Assembly: GCA_964016885.1 (NCBI GenBank)
Contig: CAXHJY010000586.1
Location: 1 to 47,755, forward strand
Origin: Eledone cirrhosa
Taxonomy: Eukaryota
Direction: 5' to 3'
DNA: 47,755 bases
The position numbers and the translations under genes were made by a program. The notes beneath the pieces were generated by a model that made no database searches, was not told where the DNA came from, and saw nothing but the letters and a program-made list of their open reading frames with translations. Positions 13,259 through 26,900 of the stretch are shown piece after piece (position 1 is the stretch's first letter; the number at the start of each line of letters is the position of its first letter).

Positions 13259-13503
13259 CATTATTGGTGCTACGGGTTATATACCAACCCGCTTGGACCA
13301 AAGTATGACCGAACTTGGATTTGCGGACAAAAAGCGCAGCTCCCTAATTCATAGTCTACAAATGGCTGCGATAGCTGGCACCTTCAAAATATGCAAAACA
13401 TTCTTGCGATTCAAGGGATGACAATTTCTTTTCTTTTACAACCTTGCCACCAGGAAGGTGGCCGGTCAAAAAAATATACTCGAAATTAAGAGAAAGAGAA
13501 AAC
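13259..13503 (+). mobile_element. 3' end of a second R4/Dong family (5'-truncated), within (CATA)n
   Basis: IIIGATGYIPTRL..KICKTFLRF plus a 3'UTR nearly identical to the reverse complement of 29771-30015. (CATA)n on both sides. Confidence 0.85.
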
Positions 13504-13778
13504 ATACATACATAAATTTCATGTATTTTTGTGTGCATGTCTATTTGTGCACGCGTATATAAAGTGAGTTTAGAGTTGACTTTACCTGTAATTCGTGTTT
13601 TACAATTCAGGCTTAGATGCACCTTGGTAAGTAGAGATTAGATACGTTATTAATAATGGACAACCTCAATCATTAGGTAACATCTGTTGACTAATCTTTT
13701 CGATGAGTGCCATTTCTTTAAATACAACACGTGTTACATAGTGACACAGTTGACATGTACATTATTGTTATCATATTT

Positions 13779-13779
<1 letters not shown>

Positions 13780-13832
<53 letters not shown>

Positions 13833-13850
13833 ACAAACACACACACACAT
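13780..13850. repeat. (CA)n microsatellite
   Basis: Directly visible. Confidence 0.95.
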
Positions 13851-13925
13851 GTATAGTGACAGCACTCCTCCTCTCTCATCTCTCTGCCCCTCTCTCTCTC
13901 TATCTACACACACACATATATATAT

Positions 13926-14882
13926 ACTAGACATGAAAAATGCGCAAGCTCAAAAGTGCCACAGAATGTTATAATAAACCTTCAAAAGTGTGGGACTAGA
14001 GTTGTTGCTAAAAAATATTGTAATCATTATATATCGTACATTCTGTGGCATCCTTTATAAAAATAGCTTAAACCAACGAAGCCTTTATTTTTACGCTATT
14101 TCACTTAGTTAATTCTTAGAGTGTAACATATAAAAATATGATTTACAACTATAAAATAAATTAATTAATATAATAACAGAGCTGCGGAGCTGAAATTTAG
14201 GAAATAATGGAGTATCGGATCCTGAGTTGGAGCCAGTCAATTTTTGGCCGACTCCGCAGCCCTGTATAATACATTTCATATTAAAGTTATTAATAAACCT
14301 ATTTTACACTGCATGCAAATTACCATGAGATATTGATATTAGATATAAGATACAGCGCAATATCTACAGCTGTAAAAGTACGAAAGCGAAGTAATAATAA
14401 GTGGCTTAAAGTAATTCCAATATGAAAGTTTGTAGTGATAAAAATTTGATAATGCAATACGATTGTTAATATTATAGTTCTATGAAAATGTAACAATAGA
14501 TAACTAAATTATTTTACTATTAGTATATTTAAGAAATTATCATTATAGATTTGATCGTTCATATAAGCATCATATTAATTTTCAACACAATTATTTTGTT
14601 ACTATGAGTATATGATAATAATATTACGTAATTATTTATAGCTGTTATTACATTAAACATAGATGTATTTATTTTTATATGTTACACTCTAAGAATTAAC
14701 TAAGTGAAATAGCGTAAAAATAAAGGCTTCGTTGGTTTAAGCTATTTTTATAAAGGATGCCACAGAATGTACGATATATAATGATTACAATATTTTTTAG
14801 CAACAACTCTAGTCCCACACTTTTGAAGGTTTATTATAACATTCTGTGGCACTTTTGAGCTTGCGCATTTTTCATGTCTAGT
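13926..14882. repeat. Long inverted repeat, 213-bp arms (13926-14138 / 14670-14882); foldback or MITE-like
   Basis: ACTAGACATGAAAAATGCGCAAGC...CATATAAAAATA is matched by its reverse complement; no mismatch found by eye. Confidence 0.9.
14177..14264. mobile_element. Miniature hAT-type element
   Basis: TIR-like ends CAGAGCTGCGGAG / CTCCGCAGCCCTG; 8-bp flanks TATAATAA / TATAATAC (7/8 match). Confidence 0.6.
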
Positions 14883-15439
14883 TTAATATTTTTTTAAGGC
14901 AACGCTTGTAATAACTCTAGTTAAAGAGGATATATATTAATAATAAATTATCGTTGTAATGTAATTAGATTATGTAATTGTTATTATAAATTATCTTATA
15001 AATATTAGTGTAAGATGTATAAAAATATTTTCAGACTTTTAATATAAACAACTACAAAAAACAATCAATATTAAATCAATATATTATACATAATAGAAAA
15101 CATAAAATAAACAATACAAAAACAAAATATTTACATACAATTGCAATTATCAGTGTATATACATTTTCTTTATATTCCCTGAGCAAATTAATAAGATTTG
15201 TTTTTATTGTACATAATTTGATGACTTGTTGGAGTGTATTAAAAGATAGCAACAATTTGTGATTAAATTGTTATCTTAAGCAACTCACTTTTTAATAGTT
15301 GTTGGCTGAGCGAAATTGTAAAAGCCTATGAGCAAATATAAAAAAAAATACACAAACAACATTTCCTTGTGTTATTACAACATTAGATAAAATAATTGAG
15401 CAATGTCGTTATATTTTGCTCTTATTGCACATTAATAGT

Positions 15440-15605
15440 GTTTCTATTTTTCGGCACAAATCCATTACGGCAGTCCATTACTGGTACTTTATTTTATCGA
15501 ATTAGTAAGTATGAAAGTCGAAGTTAACCTCGGCAGGATTTGAACTTAGAATGCAAAGGACCATAACAATACTGCAAAGCATGGTGTCTGACGCTCTACC
15601 AATAC
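15440..15605 (-). mobile_element. tRNA-derived SINE, diverged copy of the 11755 family
   Basis: Reverse complement contains AAGTTCAAATCCTGCCGAGGTTAACTT...GATAAAATAAAGTACCAGTAATG. Confidence 0.75.
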
Positions 15606-16073
15606 TTGTGTTGAGCTGGTCATTAATTTATGGTGGTCGTGCGTGGAGTAGAGCAATCGCTAGTTGAAATATTATGAACAAAACATTTTTATTTGCCGAA
15701 GAACATATTTTCAATACTGTTTGTGAATGTGACGAAGGAAATACATTCTGATATGGAACAGTGTACAAAGTGTGTCTGTGAATAACATAATGTTACCTCA
15801 TGTTGTTGTCAAGACATAATGGATTTCGTATATCCAGTTAGAAGATGAAACCTAGCCATCTCGGATTAGTTATATTTCATGCCATGTGTAAACGTGTTTG
15901 AGGATAGCAAAATATGCGTGTTTCTTGTCTGGAAACTTTCTGCTAAACTGATTGGTTTCGTTTTTGGCACTATACAATACTCATCCAACAGATAGCTGTA
16001 TTGGATCCTTGATTGGTTAATATTTAGGTGAGGGTGCTTGATGCAGAGTTAGTGCAAAATGGATCAATGAGTG

Positions 16074-16730
16074 TAATAATAATAATGATAATAATAATGA
16101 AAATATTGTGTACAATGCTGAGGTGCACTACAACTCATCAAAAGTGCATATATAATACATAGGGTAATATAAAAACGTCATGAAAAAAGAACAGTGCATG
16201 AGTCATGATATACACATATGTGCATGTGTATGGAAGGGGGACATCAGGTGTAGTTTTGGTGTATTTCGGAATGTATGATGGTTTTAAAGGATGCAGTGTG
16301 TCATCAACTAACAACTGATGCAGGAAGTTTGTTCCATCCTTCAGCAACTCTGAGCATGAAGAAATATTTCCTAAAGTCATGGGAGCTGTGTTGTTTTCTG
16401 ACTTTGTAGGCATGTCCACGTGTTAGACACATGGAGATCAAAAAGGTGTTCGGGGTTGTTGTTGGTCGGATGGTTAATAACTTTGTGGGTGTTTACCAAG
16501 TCCATTGCCAGAGGGAAGCAAAATATTCAGGGTATGGTAGGTGTCTGATGGAGGGTATGCGCTTGGTTGCATGTCTCTGAACAGTTTCCAGGAGGTCAAT
16601 GTTCTGAGCAAGATAGAGGTTCCAGACTGATGACGCGAACTCCAAGTGTATTCGTACCATAGATGTATACAGCTTTAAATAGATGGCTGGAGAGCAGCTA
16701 ATGAAGATCTTGCTGATTGATGCCAAGTCA
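16074..16730 (-). mobile_element. CR1/L2-group LINE 3' fragment with (TTA)n tail
   Basis: LKLYTSMVRIHLEFASSVW..IDLLETVQRHATKRIP..LPYPE is typical of the post-RT region of CR1-group LINEs. (AAT)n at 16074-16100. Confidence 0.75.
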
Positions 16731-16938
16731 ATCTTAATAAATTGACTGATTTATCTGTTCACTACTGCTAATCCACCGCTGTTTGTACAATTTTTTAGAT
16801 AATGTCAATTTCAGCTTGAATCATTGGCGTAATGAAATTTGAAAAGATTATAAGCAAATCTTTTTTAAAATACACAGACAACATTTAACTGTATCGTTGC
16901 AACATTAGATCTAATAATGGAGCAACATTTGTGCAGAA

Positions 16939-17403
16939 TTATTGTTTGTGCAATAAGATATTTGCAGATCTGTACTTGGTCTGCTCTTTAGCCAACTCGG
17001 TACGTTTAGAAGCTCTACGCTCGGCTTGCTTTGGAGATATAATAGCTGAATTTGCAGATCTATACTTGGCCTGCTTGTTTGCCAACTCATACCGTTTTGA
17101 ACATCTATACTTGGCCTGTTTTTGTGTTAATTTAGCAAAATTCACAGCTCTATAATCGGCCTGTTTTTGTCTCAACTTCTCCCGATTCCGCATCCGGTAA
17201 GCTGCTTTCACATCCAATTTAATACGCCCATCTAGATTATTAGCACAGGAATGTGAACAAGCTTGTGGGACCGCATCATTGTAAGTATATGAACTGCCTG
17301 CAACATCAAGACCCAATTCACAAGTGCAGCGTTGCTCATTCACATCGGCAGTGGGGACACCAAAATCAGTGACAGGTCTCGATTCACTCGCGAGATACAT
17401 CAC
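16939..17403 (-). other. Orphan ORF with 14-aa basic helical repeats (KQAKYRxxNxxxL), probably a Helitron N-terminal remnant
   Basis: About five 42-bp repeats of TATACTTGGCCTG-type sequence. No catalytic motif is visible, so the Helitron assignment is inference. Confidence 0.35.
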
Positions 17404-17429
17404 AGCTACACTATATATTTAAACATATA

Positions 17430-17495
17430 TACAGTGATACCTCGCTACTTGGCGGTTCAACTATCGCGGATTCACGATTTCGCGCATTTTTAGAA
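17430..17495 (+). mobile_element. pogo/Tigger-like terminal inverted repeat end
   Basis: TA-CAGTGATACCTCGCTACTTGGCGGTTCAACTATCGCGGATTCACGATTTCGCG resembles Tigger-type ends. The partner end was not found. Confidence 0.5.
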
Positions 17496-17570
17496 TATAT
17501 ATATGAACACCTAAAATTTTTCATTAAATCCATTAAAATATTAATAATAAACACAGTTCTAATCATACGC

Positions 17571-17602
<32 letters not shown>

Positions 17603-17691
17603 TAAGTAATTAATACCGTATAAATGGTACAAAGACTGTTTATGTAAAATGTATTTCTCAACAGAGTATTGAATACTTAGGAGAAATTCAA

Positions 17692-18025
<334 letters not shown>

Positions 18026-19337
18026 TCTAGTCCTTCGCTCAAGATTAATCTATAAGTTTAGATGTCTGCCTTCGTTTAAGTAAATATTACAGTAAGATTT
18101 TTAATATAAACAACTACAAAAAACAATTAATATTAAAACGAAAAAATTATCAATGATAAAAGAAGCGGATGCAACTTTTTTTTTTTATAAAGTTATATTC
18201 CTGTTTCTTTAAAGAACATTTCATTTTTGTTCTATTGTAGGCGAAATAATGCAATGGTTTAATAGGGAAGATATAACTTACCAATTATGTCTCTAACCGT
18301 GTAACGCTTTTTAAGTAGATAACTACAATTGAAAATACTAAAGAAATGGAACCAACAATTCAATTTGAAAGTCGTCTACTTATAGTGACAGTGTATTACT
18401 GGTACTTTATTTTATCGACCCCGTAACGATGAAATGCAAATGCTTAAAATTTAAATTGCCTTAATTCTATCGTCTGCTGTTTCATTAAAGGGAGATTCTC
18501 GTCTGTATTTAATTCTATCGTCTACTGTTCCACTAAACAGATATACCTCCACTATCGTCTCTATTTATACATTTTAACTTATAACTTATACACATTTGAT
18601 TTGAAATATTTTATCTAGTCCCCCCTCTCAATATTATGATGATTTCTTTCGAATGAAACATTTCTAGTCCTGTAGAAGCCATTTATATATATAATTGAAC
18701 TGAGTTAAAAATTCACAATATTTATAATTAAATAAGCTCATATATATATGTGTGTATTTATCTGTTTATTGTATTATATATAATGTGTGTATATACAGGA
18801 TGTCTCCCAAAAATATATACACACTTCAACAGCATTCTAATAACTATTGCCTGCACAGGTAATCAAAGTGTCAATCGAATGTTAGTTTCGTGTTTTAACA
18901 GTACAAATTTACAATACACACATAAAACCAGTGTGTATACACATACATGAATGTGTATATACAATATATATGTATATATATATATATAGACACATATATT
19001 CACGGTGCAACGGAACATTAAAATATAGATGCGGGAGGTGGGGTGTATATATAGGGGCGCTGGGGATAAAGGAGTGTAAAGCGTGTGTAATTGATATATT
19101 GAAGGAGAGGAGCGTGCAGCGATAGAGTAACAAATATATAGAGAGGGGGAGAGATGGTATTGAAGGGGAGGAGTGCAAAGCGAAAGAGTAAGAGAGATAT
19201 ATATATAGAGACGGAACAGATAGAGAGAAACAGGCGTAAGTAACAGTGGAAGAGATATATAGAGAGGCGGAAATGTGTTATTGAAGGGAAGGAGTGTAAA
19301 GCGAAAGCGTAAGATATATATAGAGAGAGGGGGAATA

Positions 19338-19391
<54 letters not shown>

Positions 19392-19549
19392 ACACTTACT
19401 CTGATTGGTTGAAAATTAGCCAATGACATACGATCACCACCACCACGGCTATCCCGGGAAAATTTATGAAGAAGTTAGGCATATATGTTAGAACACGAAA
19501 AGTGAACATTCTGTTGTTTCACACTTTTCGTGTTCTAACAGATATATAG

Positions 19550-19765
19550 TGGAGGCACGTGGCCTAGTGGTAAGAGTGTTGGACTTACTATCATAATGTC
19601 GTGGGTTCGATTCCTGGGTTGCGTGTAGTGTTCTTGAGCAAAACACTTCATTTCACGCTGCTCCAGTATACTCAGCTGGAAATGAGTACCAGCAGTAGGT
19701 GGAGGTTTAAACCTGCGATGGACTGGCGTCCTGTCAGTGGGGAGTCTTGTTCTCTCAGTCGCTTC
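19550..19765 (+). mobile_element. tRNA-derived SINE, second family (CORE/V-like body)
   Basis: A box TGGCCTAGTGG, B box GGTTCGATTCC, then GTGTTCTTGAGCAAAACACTT... and CCTGCGATGGACTGGCGTCCTGTC. Confidence 0.8.
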
Positions 19766-21260
19766 AATCTAAATACTGGATTAATAGAACCTTTCCACAA
19801 AAATAATGAAAATCTTGCCTACATTAGTCACAACTCAAATCACCCCAAATCCATAATTAGATCCATAGCACGTAGTATATCCCTCCGAATATCCCGCTTA
19901 TCCTCAAACCTAGAAATCTTTAACGAGCATGCTGACTATTATAATGCAGCATTACGTAGGGCCGGTCATAAAGATAAACTGCAGTATATAGTGAATAAGG
20001 CCAACGTAAACAATCCTAGTAATTACTACTCCAACCGCTCACATAATAGTAGGAATAACTTGACTAGACATAGGGTTAGACACGTAACACCTGGAGTAAA
20101 CGGCCAAAACACTAATAACGTAAACCCAAGAAACAATAGAAGAAACAGACAAAGAAAATACCTATGGTTCAACCCAATATTCAACTCCTCTATAAAAACT
20201 AGACTGCCCTCTACAATCTTTAAACTAATAGATAAACACTTCCCTATCTCGCATAGATATCACAAAATACTCAATAGATCTACTATAAAACTCTCATTCT
20301 CAACAGCAGCTAACATAGAATCACACATACGCAAGATCAACCACAGAAATATCTCTAGTAAATCAACTGCACCTATATATAAGCACAAACACATCACAAC
20401 ATCACAACCACAAGCGCATACAAACGCGCAGCAGCAAAACCCCATTGGGCATATATCACAACCCACTTATAACAGAGTACTAAACAGAAATGTAAAAGCT
20501 GCACAAAATAGCGCCTAAAACTGTAACTGTCACCTACCAGATAGGTGCCCATTGGCGAACAGATGTCTCGATTCGAGCCTGGTGTACATGTGCACGGTCA
20601 TCTCGGGTAACTCCACCTGGAATTACATAGGATCCACCGCGGGTTCTTTTAAAAAAAGATGGTATGTGCACAGACACTCAATGAAAAACCGTGCACTTAT
20701 GGGTTCCACAACCCTAGCCCAAAAAATATGGGAATTGAAGGACAGCAACACTAACTACAGTATCAACTGGTCGAAGTTGTCGGCTGCTAAAACCTATAGT
20801 ACAGGGATGTCCCACTGCGGGCTATTTGATCTTGAGCTATTGTATATCCTCAAAAATGTAAAAAGGCTACTTAACAATAAGTTAGAAAGATCTATCTTCT
20901 GCAGACATAGAATTGCCACTAAATTCATAAGATTCAAACCTCCGTGAATCGAACCAACATAACATAACTTTAAATTAGGATAACTACTACCCACAGAAAT
21001 ATATTCATTAAGTATACTATATCCTTCACAAGTCTATACCACACAATTGTCTGTAAGTACCTCATCTACCCACAAACTTATTCCTTCTCAGCTGCTGCCA
21101 TCATTTGATCCTAAATCCTAGTTTTTCTCAAATCACTACTACAATGTAACTTTACCTTCCTTTTGCCATAATTACAATTAGCACGCTTATCTCTTTGCAT
21201 GTATGTATATTTTTGTACGAGTGTATATTGATGTGTATGTATGTGTCTATGTACACATGC

Positions 21261-21450
<190 letters not shown>

Positions 21451-21825
21451 AAATATATGCGTATATTACTTCATTGACCTCTATATTAACTCAACAACTA
21501 TTTATCTCTGACAGTGTTGTCCCACTCATGTATACTGTTGAAGTTGAAGAGAAAGACTGTAAACACTGGCTTATCTTTATAATTTAAAATTGATATACAC
21601 TTCGATACTCTGTACATGCCAAACGCTTACTTTTGCCTCATGACAGCTAGTTTTACACGCCGTAACGTTAGATACATTAAACCCCCCACCTAAGTAATGT
21701 CAGGGTCTCCTTAAATAATTTATTAATAGCATTGTTGTAATTGTTGTTATTGTTCTAATTGAATGCCATTACGACTTCATATAGTAGCCTGTATATTCTT
21801 TTCTTGCCTGTGTATTTTCTTCATT

Positions 21826-21944
21826 CTCGCATGCTCCGAAGATCTGACTGGTTATAATTTTGTATTGGCGATCGAGTAACGCGAAAATAAGCGAATAGCG
21901 ATCTCTAGACCTACCAGTTCAGAGAAACAAATGTCAGCTATGAG
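21826..21944 (+). ncRNA. Degenerate type I hammerhead (core CCGAAGA)
   Basis: CATGCT-CCGAAGA-TCTGACTGGT...ACCAGTTCAGA-GAAA-C-AAAT-G-TC^AGCTATG. There is a U4-to-C change in the core. Confidence 0.6.
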
Positions 21945-21991
21945 ATTAAAAACCTTTTTTGTATAGCAAACCATGTCAACCTTCTTTCCTG

Positions 21992-22059
<68 letters not shown>

Positions 22060-22089
22060 AGATCAAAAGATGGTTAAAAGAGTTCCAAG

Positions 22090-22160
22090 TATTTTATTAT
22101 GCACATTTCAAAAACAAATATCATCATGGGATGATATCTGCGTTCTCATCAGATAAAATA
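22090..22160 (-). ncRNA. Type I hammerhead ribozyme, intact core
   Basis: Minus strand: TATTTTAT-CTGATGA-GAACGCAGATATCATC-CCAT-GATGATATTTGTTTTT-GAAA-T-GTGC-A-TA^ATAAAATA, with a perfect 8-bp stem I. Confidence 0.75.
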
Positions 22161-22904
22161 GGGATACATGATATGAAGCTTAAAAAACACTTGTGAATAG
22201 TGAAGTTTTAAATCAACATATGAAAAATAAATTAAGATTGATGTATGAGATTGGGAAAAAGGGAGGGGGGTGTAAGGAAGAGGAAGAGATGATAGTAAAG
22301 AATGGTGGGGGAGGAGTACAAGAAAGAAGGATGTGAGAGGGGAGAGATGAGTGATAGAGAGAGATAGATAGCCTTTACAACTGAGAAAAATATATATATT
22401 GTCTCACAGAGAGAAATTAAAAAGCCGTTGGAAGATAATAGATAATTTAAAAGAATTTGAAATTAAAAGTTAATGAGGTTTATGCATGAAGAAAAAGGAA
22501 TTAAGAATAATATTAAATTAAGGTTTGTATATTGAAGGGTTTAATAATATGTGCGAGGAAAAGAAATTATTAATATGTATTATTAAAATAAAAATATTAA
22601 TGTTATTAAGGATATAATGTGAAAAGAAGGAGAAGAATGGATGAGTTATGAATTTAGAGGAATTAGTTAGGGTTTAAGTTTGTTTTTATGTATTGTAATA
22701 TGTAAAAGTCAAATTAAGTATTAGTTTAAAACGAGCATGAAAGGATGGAGGAGATAAGAGAAATTTATGGAAGAAAATATCTAACGTCAAAAAATGATAT
22801 GTTTACGAAGGACTTCTAATGGTAATACTATAACGTATTAAAAAAAAAATGTTTATGGCCAATGATATGAGGAAAGATGGAAGAATGGATAATGTTGTGG
22901 TGAG

Positions 22905-23010
22905 TAATAATTGTTTCTACTATTGGCACATGGCCAGCATTTACCCAGTGTATTACTGGTACTTTATTTTATCGACCCCGTAAGGATGAAAGGCAAAGTT
23001 AACCTCGGCG
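22905..23010 (-). mobile_element. SINE 3' fragment (11755 family); a shorter piece lies at 23145-23190
   Basis: Reverse complement of GCCGAGGTTAACTTTGCCTTTCATCCTTACGGGGTCGATAAAATAAAGTACCAGT...GAAACAATTATT. Confidence 0.8.
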
Positions 23011-23011
23011 C

Positions 23012-23049
<38 letters not shown>

Positions 23050-23067
23050 GCAGACAAAAATATATCT

Positions 23068-23141
<74 letters not shown>

Positions 23142-26100
23142 ATAATAATTGTTTCTGCTTTTGGCATAAGGCCATCAATTACCCAGTACATTACTCATCA
23201 GCCCGCGTACCTTTTGGGATTACAGGCAGAGTCTGTCGGAAGTCCCCAGATAACAGGAAAGTGACATCTCCCATTGGTTCTTGACAGTCCCTGATGTCTC
23301 TGAGTGATCGGTCTAATGCCTCGAAAGCCGCCGTGTGGGCCATTGTGCATTCGTCCCAAACAATTAGTAGGCAGCGCTTTAACACCAGTGCTTTTCCGGA
23401 AGACTTGCTGATGTTGCACGTGGGTGTCTCAGATGATGCCACGTTGAGAGGTAGACGAAGGCAGAATGTGCCGTCCTGCCACCAGGCAGCAAAGTTGCTG
23501 CAATGCCGGAAGAAGCCACGGCCAATGCTATGTTTCCGTGTTGCCTCACTGCAGCGAGTAAAAGTTTGATTACAAATGTTTTGCCCGTGCCTCCAGGTGC
23601 GTCCAGGAAGAATATACCCGCTCTCCGATTACTGATGGAATCAACGATAATGTTGTAGGCTTGTTTTTGATCCATTAGAAGTTTTGGTTCATTTTCTTTA
23701 ACATACCTTTTGAGTTCGTCGACATCATATGACGTTTCACGTATAATGTCGTTGGAAATGTCAGATGGCGCACCTCGAAGTGTTTGCGGAAGCTCATATT
23801 TCTCCAAGACATCTCCGCCCATTGAAGCCACTCTGTCTTCAGTATCGATCAGAGCTCTGTTATATATAGCGTGTGAAAAGCCGACATCTAAGTTTGGAGA
23901 TTGCAATTGAGCGAGATGCCTATATTCGTCTGCGAAATCATCTTTAAACTTTTGCCATAAAGGGTAAGGATCGCTCAATTCACAGACGTGCAAGAGGATA
24001 GCAAAAAGTGCTCTTAGACTACGGGTTGATTGTGAGATGGCAGCTTCCGTCAAGGTTGCATCCCATTGTGCGTCATCTTCTAAAAGACCACGCCTCAAGC
24101 AGGCTTCTCTGTACTTTCCGCAGGCGTATCCATCGACGGTTCTCAGATGAGTGAAGTTGGTCGGCCCTCATACCTCATGAAGCAGACGTCGCAGGTAGAA
24201 GCATTCGTGTTGGGTAAGGTGGACCGTATAAACTCGCCCAAGCCAATTGTCTAATTTGATGCCTGGATGTCCAACCACCTCTTGTCCTACCTTCCTTTGT
24301 AGCCATTTTGTCCGGTTCCATGTATAGTAAAACGGTATTTCAGAATACAGCAGAGTTCGAGCGAAGTCGTCGTGTTGACAAAGTTTTAAAAAAGCAGTGA
24401 GTGTAGTTTCCTTTGGTGAGATCGCTAGCTGAGCAGCTGTTGCATCGTTGGAATACACCCGTTGACCGTTTTCAAGGTGGACGGCAAGTTGTTTAATGAC
24501 GGGGTGTCGTTGGTGAAGTGAGAAGCTAAAAACGTGCCAAAAGGCTTCATTGTTGCTAATGTATCGGCCTGCTTGGTAGTCAGATACCTCATCTCTATTG
24601 TTTTCATGACGAAGACCAAATACAGCAGCATCCGATCCGTTGTTTACGTACTTACAAACGTATTTAATTGATTTTACTGAGTTGCAAAATTCGACGTCTA
24701 TATGGGCGTTGAATGCTTTCAAGAGGAGGGGGCAATATGGCACTATCCAGCTGTTATCGATTTCGCGTTCACCAACTTTTGCTGTAAACCCACCGTCTTC
24801 AGGTCTCCTGTGCCTACACAACGGATATCCGTCACCGCCAGTCTATGTTTCCTGTAAAAACGGCCCGGGATATCGTTTTATACACTTTCCGTCGTGTATG
24901 CACGGGGACTTCATATTGAGTCCATGTCGGCAAGGACCATGGACCATGTTTGATGTGACTATAGAGGTCCTTGCTAATCGACGGATCAGGTAGTTCGGCA
25001 GAAATGAATTTGTCGATGTAGTTTGAACTGATTTTGTAACCAACCAAATCAAGATATGGGCATGCGGCAGCCCTCGTTTCTGCCATTCAACCGTGTACAT
25101 GTCGCACCTGACAGGCCCCAAAACCTGTCCTTTCTTTAATAAATCCATTAATTTGGATAATTTCAGGCGAAACACTCTTGCTATGAAATCGTGCCACTGT
25201 CTTGGCGCTTGACCGTCGAAAAGTTCGTTTGTAATCTCCTTCCACTTGGGATTGCATGTAAATGTTATGAAAAGGTCGGGGCTCCCATAATGTCGTACGT
25301 AAGTCATGGCGTCCTGAGTCCTCTCGTGCATGTATCGGGGTCCCCCTGTGAACGTTGAAGGCAAAATACACAATTGCCCTAAATTGTCTGGGGATACATC
25401 GTTGTTAATTCCATCGCGTAGATGAATGTAGCATTCAGATCGAAGTTTCTTTTGATTTAATTTAATGAACCATAATCTCTCGGACTCCATTTTAACGGCA
25501 ATATCAAAAGGTCCCGAGAACGGTGTAGACGGTTGAATGAATTCTCCCTTACCATAAATCGGAAAGTGTAAAAATCCATGGAGGTGACAGTTTTGATAAG
25601 ATGTGCCTCACCATTGTCTGCCGAATGTTGAGGAATGCCGAAATTGTATCCGTCCTCGCCGTTGACAAATAGCAATGGATACTGGAGTGCATCGTAGGAC
25701 CTGTGTGTCTCATTGATACGCTGTAATGTGCTGTCTCGGTGCTGTTCACCACAAATAACCGCAGCAATCTCATTATATCTTGGTGCGTTGAACCGACCAG
25801 CGTGTTCTCCAGATGGCCTTCGGTCAGCATGTATGACCACACTAAAGTTTTGGTCGGTGGCTGTTTCCAAAGCGTACTTGAAATAGCTGGTTTTGTCATG
25901 AAGCATTTCTTGAACTTTTATTATGGTTCCAATGTTAGTTTCGGACGAAATAGAGTTTCGCATGTCTGCCTGCTCCTGATAGTTTCCAACGAAGTATAAC
26001 TGAAGAAATAGGGGATCCTTTTCTGCCAGAGGCTGAATAGACCCAATCAAGTGGTAGATCTGCCGCTGGACCTTGAAAGTTGGCATGAACCCACGTTCCA

Positions 26101-26469
26101 AGGTAAGCTTTGCTCCGAAGGATGTCATCTGAAACGCGGAATTGTAGCGGCGGATATTACGCAGAAACTTCGATGATTCCTCCGTCGTGTCTGTCAATAG
26201 GAGTTAGTCTAACTTTACCGTTTGAACAGTACATTCCATCTCTCTCCTCTGGCCACATTTTCGTACGACAAAACTGGCAAGTAGAGGTCATTTCCCCAAT
26301 TTGAATATCTGCATGGACGGCGCAGTCGGGGGGAAGGGTCGTAGTTAAAGGCCTTCAACAACCATCGTGAATTGCAAGTCCTAGAAATACCACGTAACGA
26401 TGATCGCCGCTGTTCACTTTGAAGAAGTCGACCACGTCATTGCTCTATGGTTTCAGTATTTCGTTCAGC

Positions 26470-26900
26470 AGCAGTAGCAGTGGCGTCACTGCCTCGTCGA
26501 ACGGCGCATCGTCCTTCATCCTGTCGAGTGCGAGCAGCGTATGTTGCAGCGGCGTCCCTGCTACGTCGAACGGCGCGTCGTCCTTCATCCTCTCGTGCAC
26601 GAGCAGCGTATGTTGCAGCGGCGTCCCTGCTACGTCGAACGGCGCGTCGTCCTTCATCCTGTCGAGCGCGAGCGGTGAATGTTGCAGCGGCGTCCCTGCT
26701 TCGTCGAACGGCGTGTCGTCCTTCACCCTCTCGTGCACGAGCAGCGGATGTTACAGTGGCGTCCCTTCTACGTCGAACGGCGCGTCGTCCTTCATCCTCT
26801 CGTGCAAGAGCAGCGTATGTTACAGTGGCGTCCCTGCTACGTCGAACGACACGTCGTCCTTCATCCTTTCGTGCGCGAGCAGCAGTCGCGGCAGCACTTT
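26470..26900 (-). repeat. 63-bp (21-aa) coding minisatellite in the Helitron N-terminus
   Basis: About six copies of ARAREDEGRRAVRRSRDAAATYA-like units in ORF 26437-27132; GC-rich. Confidence 0.85.

Noticed and set aside
15032-15075. ~43-bp match to 18095-18137, and a ~140-bp imperfect duplication at 5191-5440
   Set aside because: Short, AT-rich and uninformative; probably fragments of old repeats.
19601-19765. N-terminus of the 305-aa ORF as a novel fusion protein
   Set aside because: A chance in-frame join of a SINE to a truncated PLE; the start codon is GTG inside the SINE B box.
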